DNA from: Gynuella sunshinyii YC6258
GTDB lineage: Bacteria > Pseudomonadota > Gammaproteobacteria > Pseudomonadales > Natronospirillaceae
Assembly (NCBI RefSeq): GCF_000940805.1
Contig: NZ_CP007142.1
Coordinates: forward strand, 408,593-472,592
DNA: 64,000 nt
Direction: 5' to 3'
Shown here: piece after piece, positions 1-9,393 of the stretch
Layout of the letters: every line of letters starts with the position of its first letter
Numbering within the stretch: position 1 is the stretch's first letter
Program-made: the position numbers and the translations under genes
Notes under the pieces: model-generated
What the model saw: only the letters and a program-made list of their open reading frames with translations
Databases searched by the model: none
Told to the model about the DNA's origin: nothing

Positions 1-1742
1 GCCTGCCTGAGCAGGATAGTAATGGCTGGTCAATTCTGACCCCTTCCAAAGACTCCCAAATAATGTATGTCAGCGCTGATGGTAACGACAAGAGTGCTGA
101 AACCTATGCCCCTGACGATGCGCTTATTGGCGACGATGTCTTCAATCCCGTTGGTGCGATTCAGCCTTATGCCACCATCGAAGCAGCGTTGAGTAAAATG
201 AGATCTGGCAGTCCTGACTACGTTTTGTTAAAACGCGGTGACACCTGGGAAGAGCCAACCGTCAAAATCACTACCTACGGTCATTCAGCCGACGAAAGAG
301 CTGTATTTGGGGCGTATGGAGATCTGACCGATGACCGGCCACTGATTAAAAACTCAGGGATAAACTTAAATGAAAGTGGCTACCTGGCCATTCTTGGCAT
401 TCATTTCCAGGACAGCAAACGTAATCCTGCTTCCGGAGATTTCGCTGGCTTCACGGATGAAACATCCAAAGGCATTGATGCAACCTTATACAATACCTAT
501 GGTGGTTTCCTTATCGAAGACTGTTGGTTTGAGTGGTACAGCAATAATGTCATTCAATCCTATTCAACTGACGCTTCCGGTAATTTTCTTCCAATTGAGG
601 ATATTATTATCCGGCGCAACATCTTCAATAATAACTATGCCACTACATCCCACGCCCAGGGATTGTATTCCGCGTATACATCCATACTGTTGGAAGAAAA
701 TATCTTCGATCACAATGGTTGGTATCAACAGGGCGATGGTAGCGCCCAGGAAGAGGGAAAGGCCACAATATTCAATCACAATACTTATTTTCCAGAGTCT
801 CAGGACACCATCTTCCGCAACAATATATTTTTAAGACCATCGAGTATCGGCAATAAATTCACGTCCAATTCTGAAGACCCTGAAGGTACAAACAGCATTA
901 AAGCCTGGAATATTCTGGTTGATAATAATTTTTACGCAGAAGGCGAGGTTGGCATCAGTCTGGGTGGAAATAAAGATCAGGATGATGGGCCACGCTGGAA
1001 GAATATGCTAATCGTCAATAATGTCCTCACGGCTATCGGACGGACATTTCCAACTGACCGGGATCTTGGCTGGGGCATCGGTATCAGCGATTGGGAAAAT
1101 GGACTGGTACAGGGTAATCTGACTTTTAATTGGGGTAAGGATGATGGTAAAGATGGAGACTACACCAATGTCCATGCAGTCAAAAGCAGCGGACATGTGA
1201 CCAACACCATTATTGATCACAACATAGCTTATGGTCTTGTCAGTAGCTTTGGAATCGTACAGCTCTCTGATGATGGTACGGATAAATTTGTGGCCCATGC
1301 CAGCAACCATATTACCTTTACCCATAACGAAATCGCATTGCTTCAGGATTCTGGTGGTTACCTTATGGAATATGACATACAGCCAGATGAACAAAATTTC
1401 GCTGAGAACTATTATTATTTTAACAGCACGGATGATTATTGGTTCCGTGCATCCGAAAACTACACTTGGTCGGAAATCAGCAATTACCGCAGTGTCGATT
1501 TTGCCAGTTATCAAAGTATTGCCAACGACAATACCTCAACCAATACAAAGCAAAACTACCTGGACCCCGATCGTACTATTGCGGACTTTCTGATCAACCA
1601 AGAGTACGTCTCTAGTGCAGATACTGACACTGAAATAGAAATATTAGTCAATCTACTGAAAACACAAAGAAAGGGAAATTGGGACAATCAATTAACCGCT
1701 GACGCAATCAATAAGTATTTCCGACAAGGCTTTTCCTACTAG
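1..1742 (+). CDS. Right-handed beta-helix repeat protein, paralog A. It is 5'-truncated by the window edge; the reading frame begins at position 3 and the ORF-track start at 63 is internal.
   Basis: Bases 1-80 align to 3340-3420 inside paralog B (LP.QDSNGWS.LTPSKDS.IMYVS.DGND). From there to the C-terminus the protein is roughly 80% identical to paralog B. It contains Asn-rich parallel beta-helix repeats and the conserved motifs EDCWFEW and FDHNGWYQQGDGS. Confidence 0.8.
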   Translation, partial: LPEQDSNGWSILTPSKDSQIMYVSADGNDKSAETYAPDDALIGDDVFNPVGAIQPYATIEAALSKMRSGSPDYVLLKRGDTWEEPTVKITTYGHSADERAVFGAYGDLTDDRPLIKNSGINLNESGYLAILGIHFQDSKRNPASGDFAGFTDETSKGIDATLYNTYGGFLIEDCWFEWYSNNVIQSYSTDASGNFLPIEDIIIRRNIFNNNYATTSHAQGLYSAYTSILLEENIFDHNGWYQQGDGSAQEEGKATIFNHNTYFPESQDTIFRNNIFLRPSSIGNKFTSNSEDPEGTNSIKAWNILVDNNFYAEGEVGISLGGNKDQDDGPRWKNMLIVNNVLTAIGRTFPTDRDLGWGIGISDWENGLVQGNLTFNWGKDDGKDGDYTNVHAVKSSGHVTNTIIDHNIAYGLVSSFGIVQLSDDGTDKFVAHASNHITFTHNEIALLQDSGGYLMEYDIQPDEQNFAENYYYFNSTDDYWFRASENYTWSEISNYRSVDFASYQSIANDNTSTNTKQNYLDPDRTIADFLINQEYVSSADTDTEIEILVNLLKTQRKGNWDNQLTADAINKYFRQGFSY

Positions 1743-1984
1743 GGTTTATGGCACATCGTGGCGCGACAAATGGAATATTGATGGGAAGGAAAAGGATTTC
1801 ATCAGGAACACGCATCGATTGCGAGCAGGCTGTTTAAAGAAAGGGCAAGCAGTGGAAAGTAAAACCAGAAAGCGCTACAGCTACCGACAAACTATGGGCC
1901 AAAAGCCAAAGATCCAGCAGTAAAAATAAACGGTAGCAACTTTGCCAATCCCGGCACCACCACCGACTGAAGATACTCTGATCC

Positions 1985-2060
1985 AACTAAAGCATGCCCG
2001 CAAAAATACTGGATCTGCGTGACCACCTTACGAGCCTCGGGTCTACTTTGACCAGAATGC
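1985..2060 (-). pseudogene. Degraded remnant of the 3' end of a LysR-family gene (ca. 75% nucleotide identity to 7664-7740)
   Basis: The sequence ctaaag..gcaaaaatactggatctgcgtgaccaccttacg at ~1985-2040 matches ctaaagtttgctggcaaaatattgaatctgcgtgaccactttacg at ~7664-7710. The minus-frame translation ...EARKVVTQIQYF matches the LysR C-terminus REARKVVTQIQYFASKL. Confidence 0.55.
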
Positions 2061-2106
2061 GATGGGCAGTGCAGTTGCCTCCAGTTATCGATTTGGCTGA
2101 GTTTAT

Positions 2107-2508
2107 TTACTCCGCATGGGCGGTCAGTCGCAAAAAGCCGCCCAATGCGCACAACAAAAATGAACAAGCCACGATTATGCCTATGGGATAGTACAAATTA
2201 CCGGCTAAATCCAACTGGCTGTATTTGATAATCATGATCAACGCTTCCAATACCAGCGCGATACAAACCGTGCCAACAAACCGGGTAATGGTCCGGCGGG
2301 TGTTCTGGAAAATCGTTTCCCCTTTCTTAACCGTTGAATACTCTTTGTCTACGCCAACTCCCAACTCATACATCGCCAGAGAAATCACCAGCGTGTTAAT
2401 GGTTCTGATGATCAGCGTGACAACATCAGCGGGGTCTGTCAGCAAACCATGGGCGAAATTGTAAACAGAAACCACCATAAACGTCAGAGCGATAAAGTGG
2501 AATACCAA
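2107..2508 (-). CDS. Small polytopic inner-membrane protein of about 133 aa with four predicted TM helices. The PsiE-like assignment is tentative.
   Basis: Clean ORF with four hydrophobic stretches of about 20 aa each. Size and topology resemble the PsiE family, but sequence similarity is weak. Confidence 0.4.
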   Translation of the reverse strand: MVFHFIALTFMVVSVYNFAHGLLTDPADVVTLIIRTINTLVISLAMYELGVGVDKEYSTVKKGETIFQNTRRTITRFVGTVCIALVLEALIMIIKYSQLDLAGNLYYPIGIIVACSFLLCALGGFLRLTAHAE

Positions 2509-2919
2509 TGAAAATATGTATGCCAGACTGCGCTTATAGTGAGAACATACTTTAAGACTTCTTCAAATATTTGAAGATAGCTTCATTCTTATTTCCTGTT
2601 TCAGTCAGATCTGCATGACCTTAAAATGCGTTGGCTAAATCCCTGCCTGTTTTTGTTTTGGCCAACTGAAATTTTGCAAAAAATGTGAACTGGTTAACAT
2701 CACAAAAGAAATTAATAGCCATCTATTAGGCATTCGTTTTAGAAACTGGAAGAAGTATTTGAAAAAGTCCATATATCCTTAATATGGGATATACAGTATA
2801 AATATTTACATTATACGGTTACATTATCTAATACTATCTACAGACAGGAGTCGTAGCCTCAGGAACCTCTGAACAACGGCTTTAGGATTCAGAGCATGCT
2901 CTGCCCCCCGGAGATTCAT

Positions 2920-5076
2920 ATGCAACAGAAAATAGCTTCTTTAAGTGTTAAAACAGCCTGGATATTATCCGCTGTGATGACTCTTACTGCCTGCACACTT
3001 AGTGGTGAGAGTAGCGATACCATTCAAAATATTGGGAAACCGAGTCCAATCAAAAGCCCAGTACCGACCATCACTCTGAATGGCAGCAGTAATATACAAA
3101 TTGCGGCTGGAAACAACTTCGAAGACCCGGGTGCGACAGCTTACGACGACCAGGATGGTGACCTGACAGGTTTTATCAATACCAAATCCGAGGTGAACAC
3201 CGCTGTTCCCGGACACTATAACATCGACTATTCCGTCACCGACTCCAACAAAAATACCGTATCTGTCTCCCGCACGGTTACCGTAGCCAAAAAGGGTGAT
3301 AACTACTATGTCGACTGGATTAAAGATTTTAGCCTGCCAGCTCAGGATAGTAATGGCTGGTCAGTTCTGACCCCTTCCAAAGACTCCAAAATAATGTATG
3401 TCAGCAACGATGGGAATGACGAAACAGCTAAAGTTTATACTCCAGACGACTCAACTGTTGGCAACGATGTTTTCAATCCTACTGGCGCAATTAAGCCCTA
3501 TGCCAGCATCGAAGCAGCGTTAGACCAACTACGACCTGGCAGCCCTGACTATGTTTTGCTTAAACGTGGCGATACCTGGGAAAGCCCTGAGGTAAACATT
3601 AAAGTTCATGGCCGCTCAGTTCAGGAAAAAGCGGTTTTAAGTGCATACGGTGACTTGGCAGATAACCGACCACTCATAAAAAACTCTGGAGCAATTCTGA
3701 ATAAAAGTGGATATCTGGCTATTGTTGGAATTCATTTTCAGGCCAGCAAACGTAACCCCAGCTCCAGCGATTTTGTTGGCTTTGACAAGGTCGATGACAC
3801 CAAAGGAATTAATGCGGCTTTATTCAATGATTATGGTGGTTTGCTGATCGAAGACTGTTGGTTTGAGTGGTTCGACAATAACTCTATTCAGTCATTTACA
3901 TTTGATAAGAATAATAATTTTTTGACCATTAAAGATATTATTGTTCGACGCAATATTTTTAATAATAACTATTCTACTGCGGCCCATTCCCAGGGTTTGT
4001 ATTCGGCATATACATCCATGCTACTGGAAGAAAATGTCTTTGATCACAATGGCTGGTATCAACAAGGTGACGGCAGTACTAAGAAAGATGGAAAAGCCAC
4101 AATGTTCAATCACAACACCTATTTCCCGGAAGCCCAGGGCTCTGTTTTTCGCAACAATATTTTTTTAAGAGCCTCAAGTATGGGTAACAAGTTCACGTCC
4201 AACTCTGAAGACTCGGAAGGCAGCAATAGTATTAAGGCCTGGAACATCCTGGTTGATAACAATTTTTATGCAGAGGGGGAAATTGGTATCAGTCTGGGAG
4301 GAAATAAAGATCAGGATGATGGGCCACGCTGGGAAAATATAATAGTCGTTAATAATGTCTTAACAGCAATTGGCAGGACGTTCCCAACGAATCGAACTTT
4401 AGGTTGGGGTATAGGCATCAGTGACTGGAAGAATGGACTGGTACAGAACAATCTGATGTTTAACTGGGGCCAGGATGATAATAAAAGTGGTGACTATAAA
4501 AACGTCTATGCCATTGACAGCAAAGGTCATGTGACCAATACCATCATTAATTACAATATTGCCTATGGACTTGTCACTGGTACAGCGGTCATCAGCTTTT
4601 CTGATCAGGGTGAAAAAGAGTTTGTCGCTCAGGCCAGTAACCATATTACCTTTACAAATAACCAAATCACTTTGCTTAAAGATTCAGGTGGCCGCATTAT
4701 GGCCTATGATATACAACCGAAAGCACAGAACTTTGCGAATAACGATTATCATTTCGACACCAACGATGCTTATTGGTTTCGTGCAACGGATAAGTACATC
4801 TGGTCAGAACTGAAAAGTAATCGGGATATTGATTTTGCTGGTTATCAAAGCATTAGTGAAGACAACACATCTATTCAGAATCGCCAATCCTACCCCGCCC
4901 CCAATCGAACGATTTCCGACTATCTGAAAGATAAGAATATTGACTCAACCGCCAATGCTACTACTGAAATGAATATTCTGGTCAATCTCCTGAAAACGCA
5001 GAGAAGGGGAAACTGGGATCAAAAGTTAACAGCAGGTGCGATCAATAACTATTTCCGGGAAGGATTTTCCCGTTAA
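2920..5076 (+). CDS. Lipoprotein, paralog B: lipobox signal, DUF5011-type Ig-like domain, then a right-handed parallel beta-helix. Putative polysaccharide lyase or glycosidase.
   Basis: ATG at 2920 is preceded by GGAG 8 nt upstream. Signal peptide MQQKIASLSVKTAWILSAVMTLTAC contains a lipobox (LTAC). The PGATAYDDQDGDLT motif indicates a DUF5011/Ig-like domain. The remainder is Asn-rich beta-helix repeats. Confidence 0.8.
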   Translation: MQQKIASLSVKTAWILSAVMTLTACTLSGESSDTIQNIGKPSPIKSPVPTITLNGSSNIQIAAGNNFEDPGATAYDDQDGDLTGFINTKSEVNTAVPGHYNIDYSVTDSNKNTVSVSRTVTVAKKGDNYYVDWIKDFSLPAQDSNGWSVLTPSKDSKIMYVSNDGNDETAKVYTPDDSTVGNDVFNPTGAIKPYASIEAALDQLRPGSPDYVLLKRGDTWESPEVNIKVHGRSVQEKAVLSAYGDLADNRPLIKNSGAILNKSGYLAIVGIHFQASKRNPSSSDFVGFDKVDDTKGINAALFNDYGGLLIEDCWFEWFDNNSIQSFTFDKNNNFLTIKDIIVRRNIFNNNYSTAAHSQGLYSAYTSMLLEENVFDHNGWYQQGDGSTKKDGKATMFNHNTYFPEAQGSVFRNNIFLRASSMGNKFTSNSEDSEGSNSIKAWNILVDNNFYAEGEIGISLGGNKDQDDGPRWENIIVVNNVLTAIGRTFPTNRTLGWGIGISDWKNGLVQNNLMFNWGQDDNKSGDYKNVYAIDSKGHVTNTIINYNIAYGLVTGTAVISFSDQGEKEFVAQASNHITFTNNQITLLKDSGGRIMAYDIQPKAQNFANNDYHFDTNDAYWFRATDKYIWSELKSNRDIDFAGYQSISEDNTSIQNRQSYPAPNRTISDYLKDKNIDSTANATTEMNILVNLLKTQRRGNWDQKLTAGAINNYFREGFSR

Positions 5077-5512
5077 ACATTTGTGATACCTGACCTTTAT
5101 TACAGTTTCGAATCTTGATGCAGAAAAAGGGAAACAAAAGCACCTCCAACTCTGAAGGTTCATAAACCATAAAACAGCATAGAGTCAGGAACACTCCCGC
5201 CATGATTTTTCGAGCGGAAAAATCGGAATCAGTTGGGTTGGTAATAAAGGTCAGATTGACTGTTCCTTGGTAAGAATATTGTCATTGTTACCATATTTCA
5301 GCCTTCAAAGGCACCGCAGTATATGGAGATGCTTGATTATTCAAATAAATGGAAAGTTATGCCGGAAACGGGAGCATTCTACGCTCTATTGACTATACGG
5401 CGACAAAACAGGCAAAGGCCATGATCGTTTTTTCGAGATGGTTTTTCTGATTAAAGCTCATTTCGCGTGCAGTTTCATGGAACCATAAATAACGGACGTT
5501 GGAAGAAAGCAC

Positions 5513-7633
5513 ATGAATTTCAATAACCACAAATACTTACAAACAATATTTTGCTGTGCTCTATTGGCGGCATGCAACTCAGAAAGCGATTCAGGCAAAA
5601 CCAATACTGCCGCTGCACACAGCAGCCAGGGCCCTGAAATTCAACTGACCGGCATTGAAAATATACAACTGCTGGCCGGTAGCGATTTCGTTGATCCCGG
5701 CGCCGTTGCAGAAGATGCTGAGGATGGTGATCTGACATCCAGTATTTCTGTTGATTCGAATCTTGATGTTTCCACCACAGGCAAATACGGTATTACCTAT
5801 ACAGTCGTCGATTCTGATGGTCACGAAGCAACTGTCACACGCACCATTATTGTGGCTGCAGAGTTTGACGATAACTATCATGTCAGCTGGGAAAGCAACT
5901 TTAGCCTCCCCAAACAGGATGCAGACGGCTGGTCAATCTTAATACCCTCATCCAACTCGCGACTGATCTATATTTCAACCACGAGCGGTGACGACAATAC
6001 TGCGAAGGTTTACACGCCCAAGGATAGTGTAATCGGCGGAGACTATCGTAATCCTGCCGGTACGGTTTTAGCGTATAAGACAATGGAAGCCGCTTTCGAA
6101 CAATTAAGAGCCGGAAAACCAGACTACCTGCTGTTTAAGCGCGGAGACACCTTTACTAAAACCCCCGGCTTCGATCTTGCACTTAAAGCCGGTCGTTCAG
6201 CCTCCGAACGACAGGTTCTCACCAGTTATGGACCAGCCACAGAGAGACCTGTGATCGATACCGGTACTGGTTGGGGATTAAACTTCAACAATGCTCCCTA
6301 TTCAGCTGCCGTTGGATTATATGTTGTGGCCAGTGGACGTAACCCGGACCAGGACGGTGATGGCAAGGAGGACCGTGACTTTGACTGGAATTCCATAGGT
6401 CAGGCACTGGGTTTTCGTGGTTTGGATATCGTCGGCCACATACTGATCGAAGATTGCTGGTTCGACTGGTATTCAAGCAACTATTTCCAGTCAACCGATG
6501 ATAACTCCGAGGTGATAGACATTATTTTCAGACGGAACCTGGTGACCAACAATTATGCCGCGGTATCCGGTCAGAACACGCAAGGTATGTACTCCGATAA
6601 TGTTTCATCGTTAATTGAAGAAAACATTTTCGACCACAATGGCTGGTATAAACAGGGTACCGGTAGCGATGACAAAGAAGGTCAGGCTACTTACTACAAC
6701 CACAACATTTATTTTGTAGAACCCAGGAACACGATTGTCAGGAACAATCTGTTTTTGCGTTCATCCAGTATTGGTACCAAGTTCACCTCCAACACAACAT
6801 CCGGGGACAATCAGATCAAAGCCTGGAACCTGTTGGTTGATAACAATCTTTATCTTGAAGGCGAAGTTGGTATTGGTCTGAGCGGTAACAAAGATCAGAA
6901 CAACGGACCAAGATTTCAGCAAATCTACGTAACCAATAATGTGCTGATGAATATAGGCCGAACTCAGCCGTCTAAACGGGATCTTGGCTGGGGGATGGAT
7001 CTGGCTGACTGGAAAGGCGGGCTGGTCAACGGCAACATCTTTGCACACTGGGGACAATACAACGCTCAAAACAATAACAACTATGCCATGTATATAACTG
7101 GCGAGATGTCCAATACAGAGATCAGCAACAACATTATCTATGATATCTACAGCAATCAGGTTCTGGTCAACTTCACCGGATATGACGAAATCGTATCATT
7201 TGATTTTCACCACAATGAAATCCAGGGAAAGGATGCGAACGTTCAGCGACCTGGCCGCCTGTTGCAATATTCTGTTAACAAAGGCACTGGTAATCTGGCT
7301 AATAACTACTACTACTCAGAAGTAGAGCAGGATCACTGGTTTTCCGGGCAAGGTTCTGCTTATTTGACTCTGGATCAGTATCGCAGTTACTCCGGTGACA
7401 CGACATCCATGCCTCAGTCTCGCTCTTATGATGAGCCGGAGCGTTCTATTTCAAGTTATTTGTCCTCTCTCGGGTACGCCTCAGGGTTAAATGTAGATAC
7501 GGAAATGGCAGCGTTAATCGAGTTGTTACTGGCACAACAAAAAGGTAACTGGGACACCAACATAAGTGCTACAGCAATCAACAATTATATTCGCGAAGGA
7601 TTCTGCCTCGAGGGTAACTTCAGCTGCCGCTGA
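5513..7633 (+). CDS. Lipoprotein, paralog C, with the same architecture as paralog B. It is more divergent, roughly 45-50% identical.
   Basis: Lipobox LLAACNS. Ig-like domain motif PGAVAEDAEDGDLT. Conserved EDCWFDWYS and FDHNGWYKQGTGS motifs, and a C-terminal KGNWD...AINNY region shared by all three paralogs. Confidence 0.8.
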   Translation: MNFNNHKYLQTIFCCALLAACNSESDSGKTNTAAAHSSQGPEIQLTGIENIQLLAGSDFVDPGAVAEDAEDGDLTSSISVDSNLDVSTTGKYGITYTVVDSDGHEATVTRTIIVAAEFDDNYHVSWESNFSLPKQDADGWSILIPSSNSRLIYISTTSGDDNTAKVYTPKDSVIGGDYRNPAGTVLAYKTMEAAFEQLRAGKPDYLLFKRGDTFTKTPGFDLALKAGRSASERQVLTSYGPATERPVIDTGTGWGLNFNNAPYSAAVGLYVVASGRNPDQDGDGKEDRDFDWNSIGQALGFRGLDIVGHILIEDCWFDWYSSNYFQSTDDNSEVIDIIFRRNLVTNNYAAVSGQNTQGMYSDNVSSLIEENIFDHNGWYKQGTGSDDKEGQATYYNHNIYFVEPRNTIVRNNLFLRSSSIGTKFTSNTTSGDNQIKAWNLLVDNNLYLEGEVGIGLSGNKDQNNGPRFQQIYVTNNVLMNIGRTQPSKRDLGWGMDLADWKGGLVNGNIFAHWGQYNAQNNNNYAMYITGEMSNTEISNNIIYDIYSNQVLVNFTGYDEIVSFDFHHNEIQGKDANVQRPGRLLQYSVNKGTGNLANNYYYSEVEQDHWFSGQGSAYLTLDQYRSYSGDTTSMPQSRSYDEPERSISSYLSSLGYASGLNVDTEMAALIELLLAQQKGNWDTNISATAINNYIREGFCLEGNFSCR

Positions 7634-7659
7634 TACAATAACCCTGACTCGGTATCTGG

Positions 7660-8523
7660 CTAAAGTTTGCTGGCAAAATATTGAATCTGCGTGACCACTT
7701 TACGCGCTTCACGTTGATTGAATGTCGATTTGCGACACACCAGAAAACTCGGCCGGTACAGCTGTTCAGGATCCGGCATCAGCGCAAAAGACATGGCATT
7801 CAATGCCTTGGCCACCCCCAGGGGGACCAGGGCGTGGCCAAACCCGGATATCGCCAGCTGTGCCGCCGCAAAAGAAGACTCCACCTGCATCGACTGATGC
7901 AGGTTAAATTCTGCCAACAGAGGTTTTAACCATTCCCAGGTGTTGGATTTGCGCTCAATGCCAATTATATCGATGGTTTTACCTGTCTCCCTTTCCTGCT
8001 TCAATAGCGCAAGATCTTTGCTTCTGGCCACGATGACCATTGGCTCCATATTGAGCAATTCCACCACCAGGCCGGGGGTTTGCGGGAGCTTGCCGGCACA
8101 AATGCCCAGTTGGTAATGACCGGACTGAATCTTGTCGATCACGGTTGGTGTCCGGTGTGCGTGAATATCAAACATCAGACCCTCTACCTGTTCACTGACA
8201 TTTTTCAGCAGATTCCCACCCCAGGAAGATAATATGGCTTCGGAAACACCGATGCTCAAGCGCTGTTGTGAGGTTTGACTTTGTTGCTGGATGATTAGAT
8301 TCAAGTCCGCCACCAGCGGACTGACTTTATTGATGAAGGCCGTTCCCTGCTCGGTAAAAACCGCCTTTCGCCCCTGCTTGGTAATCAGCTGTACGTCCAG
8401 TTGTTGCTCCAGCAATGCAATTCGCTTACTGATGGCCGACTGGCTGATTCGCAGTGCCAGTGCCGCAGCACTCATAGTCTGATGTTTGTCCAAGGCAATC
8501 AATGCTTCAATATTGGCCAACAC
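7660..8523 (-). CDS. LysR-family transcriptional regulator
   Basis: N-terminal HTH (TMSAAALALRISQSAISKRIALLEQQL) followed by a LysR substrate-binding domain. Divergent from the TauE/SafE gene. Confidence 0.85.
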   Translation of the reverse strand: MLANIEALIALDKHQTMSAAALALRISQSAISKRIALLEQQLDVQLITKQGRKAVFTEQGTAFINKVSPLVADLNLIIQQQSQTSQQRLSIGVSEAILSSWGGNLLKNVSEQVEGLMFDIHAHRTPTVIDKIQSGHYQLGICAGKLPQTPGLVVELLNMEPMVIVARSKDLALLKQERETGKTIDIIGIERKSNTWEWLKPLLAEFNLHQSMQVESSFAAAQLAISGFGHALVPLGVAKALNAMSFALMPDPEQLYRPSFLVCRKSTFNQREARKVVTQIQYFASKL

Positions 8524-8626
8524 AAAACTTTCCTCTTTGGAATATATTGCTTTAATAATATTCGCTATTGTGGATTATTCCCAGAGTGCAGAATACCCCC
8601 GTTCCTCGCACTTACGGAGTCATACC

Positions 8627-9361
8627 ATGTGGTTCATTGCCTTCTCAACGATTGCCCTGACCAGCTTGTTGTCAGGAGTACTCGGGATGGGTGGAGGCAT
8701 GATCCTGATGGGCGTCTTGGCCATCATCATGCCGCTATCCCAGGCAATGATCGTACATGGTCTGACTCAGACAGTTGCGAACTTATCCAGGGCTTGGATT
8801 CATAGAAGGGAAATACACTGGTCTATCTTTCGCTGGTATTTGATGGGGAGTCAGATAACGCTGATCGGTTTTTTCTTCTTTGCACTAACGATATCCAAGC
8901 CCTGGTTTTTTATTGCCCTGGGCTCAGTTGCGCTGATCAGTCAGATCATCCCCAAGCAACTTCGCATCGAAGTCAGTAAGCCTCGCAACGCGCTGCTGTG
9001 CGGTCTGCTGGTAACAGCCAGTCAGCTATTGGTAGGTGTCGCCGGTTCCATTCTGGATCTGTTTTTTATCCGCTCCAGACTCAGTCGGTATCAGGTACTG
9101 GCGACCAAAGCCATAACCCAGGCGGTTGGCCATATCTCCAAACTGATTTTCTGGTCCGGTATCGCCATCGGTCACCTGCAGACTGATTTTATTGCTTGGT
9201 GGGTATTACCGGTCATCATTGTACTGGCCTGTGCCGGCAGCCATTATGGCGCGAAGATTCTGGCCCGTATGAATGATGGTCAGTTTCGCAGAATTACTTC
9301 AACGGTATTAGCGATCATTGGCATCAGTTACCTGGTAAAAGGCAGTATGATGCTGTTGTGA
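8627..9361 (+). CDS. TauE/SafE-family (sulfite/anion exporter-like) membrane protein
   Basis: Polytopic protein with the GMGGGMILMGVL motif typical of PF01925. Start chosen at MWFIAF because the longer ORF from 8486 would overlap the LysR start codon. Confidence 0.65.
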   Translation: MWFIAFSTIALTSLLSGVLGMGGGMILMGVLAIIMPLSQAMIVHGLTQTVANLSRAWIHRREIHWSIFRWYLMGSQITLIGFFFFALTISKPWFFIALGSVALISQIIPKQLRIEVSKPRNALLCGLLVTASQLLVGVAGSILDLFFIRSRLSRYQVLATKAITQAVGHISKLIFWSGIAIGHLQTDFIAWWVLPVIIVLACAGSHYGAKILARMNDGQFRRITSTVLAIIGISYLVKGSMMLL

Positions 9362-9393
9362 ACCGCCTCTCCGGCGGTTCGTTTGCAGGGTAC

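Noticed and set aside
370-1593. ORF-track entries nested inside or antisense to beta-helix paralog A (370..834, 564..779, 1008..1514, 1231..1593). Similar nested ORFs occur in paralogs B and C (3941..4168, 4399..4665, 5591..5881 and others).
   Set aside because: They lie completely inside a well-supported long CDS, in other frames or on the other strand. They have no RBS and no recognisable domains, so they are spurious.
8486-8626. The 5' extension of the TauE/SafE ORF (MSKAINASILANTKLSS...)
   Set aside because: It would overlap the divergent LysR start codon by about 37 bp, and family members begin near the GxGGG helix, so the downstream Met at 8627 is preferred.
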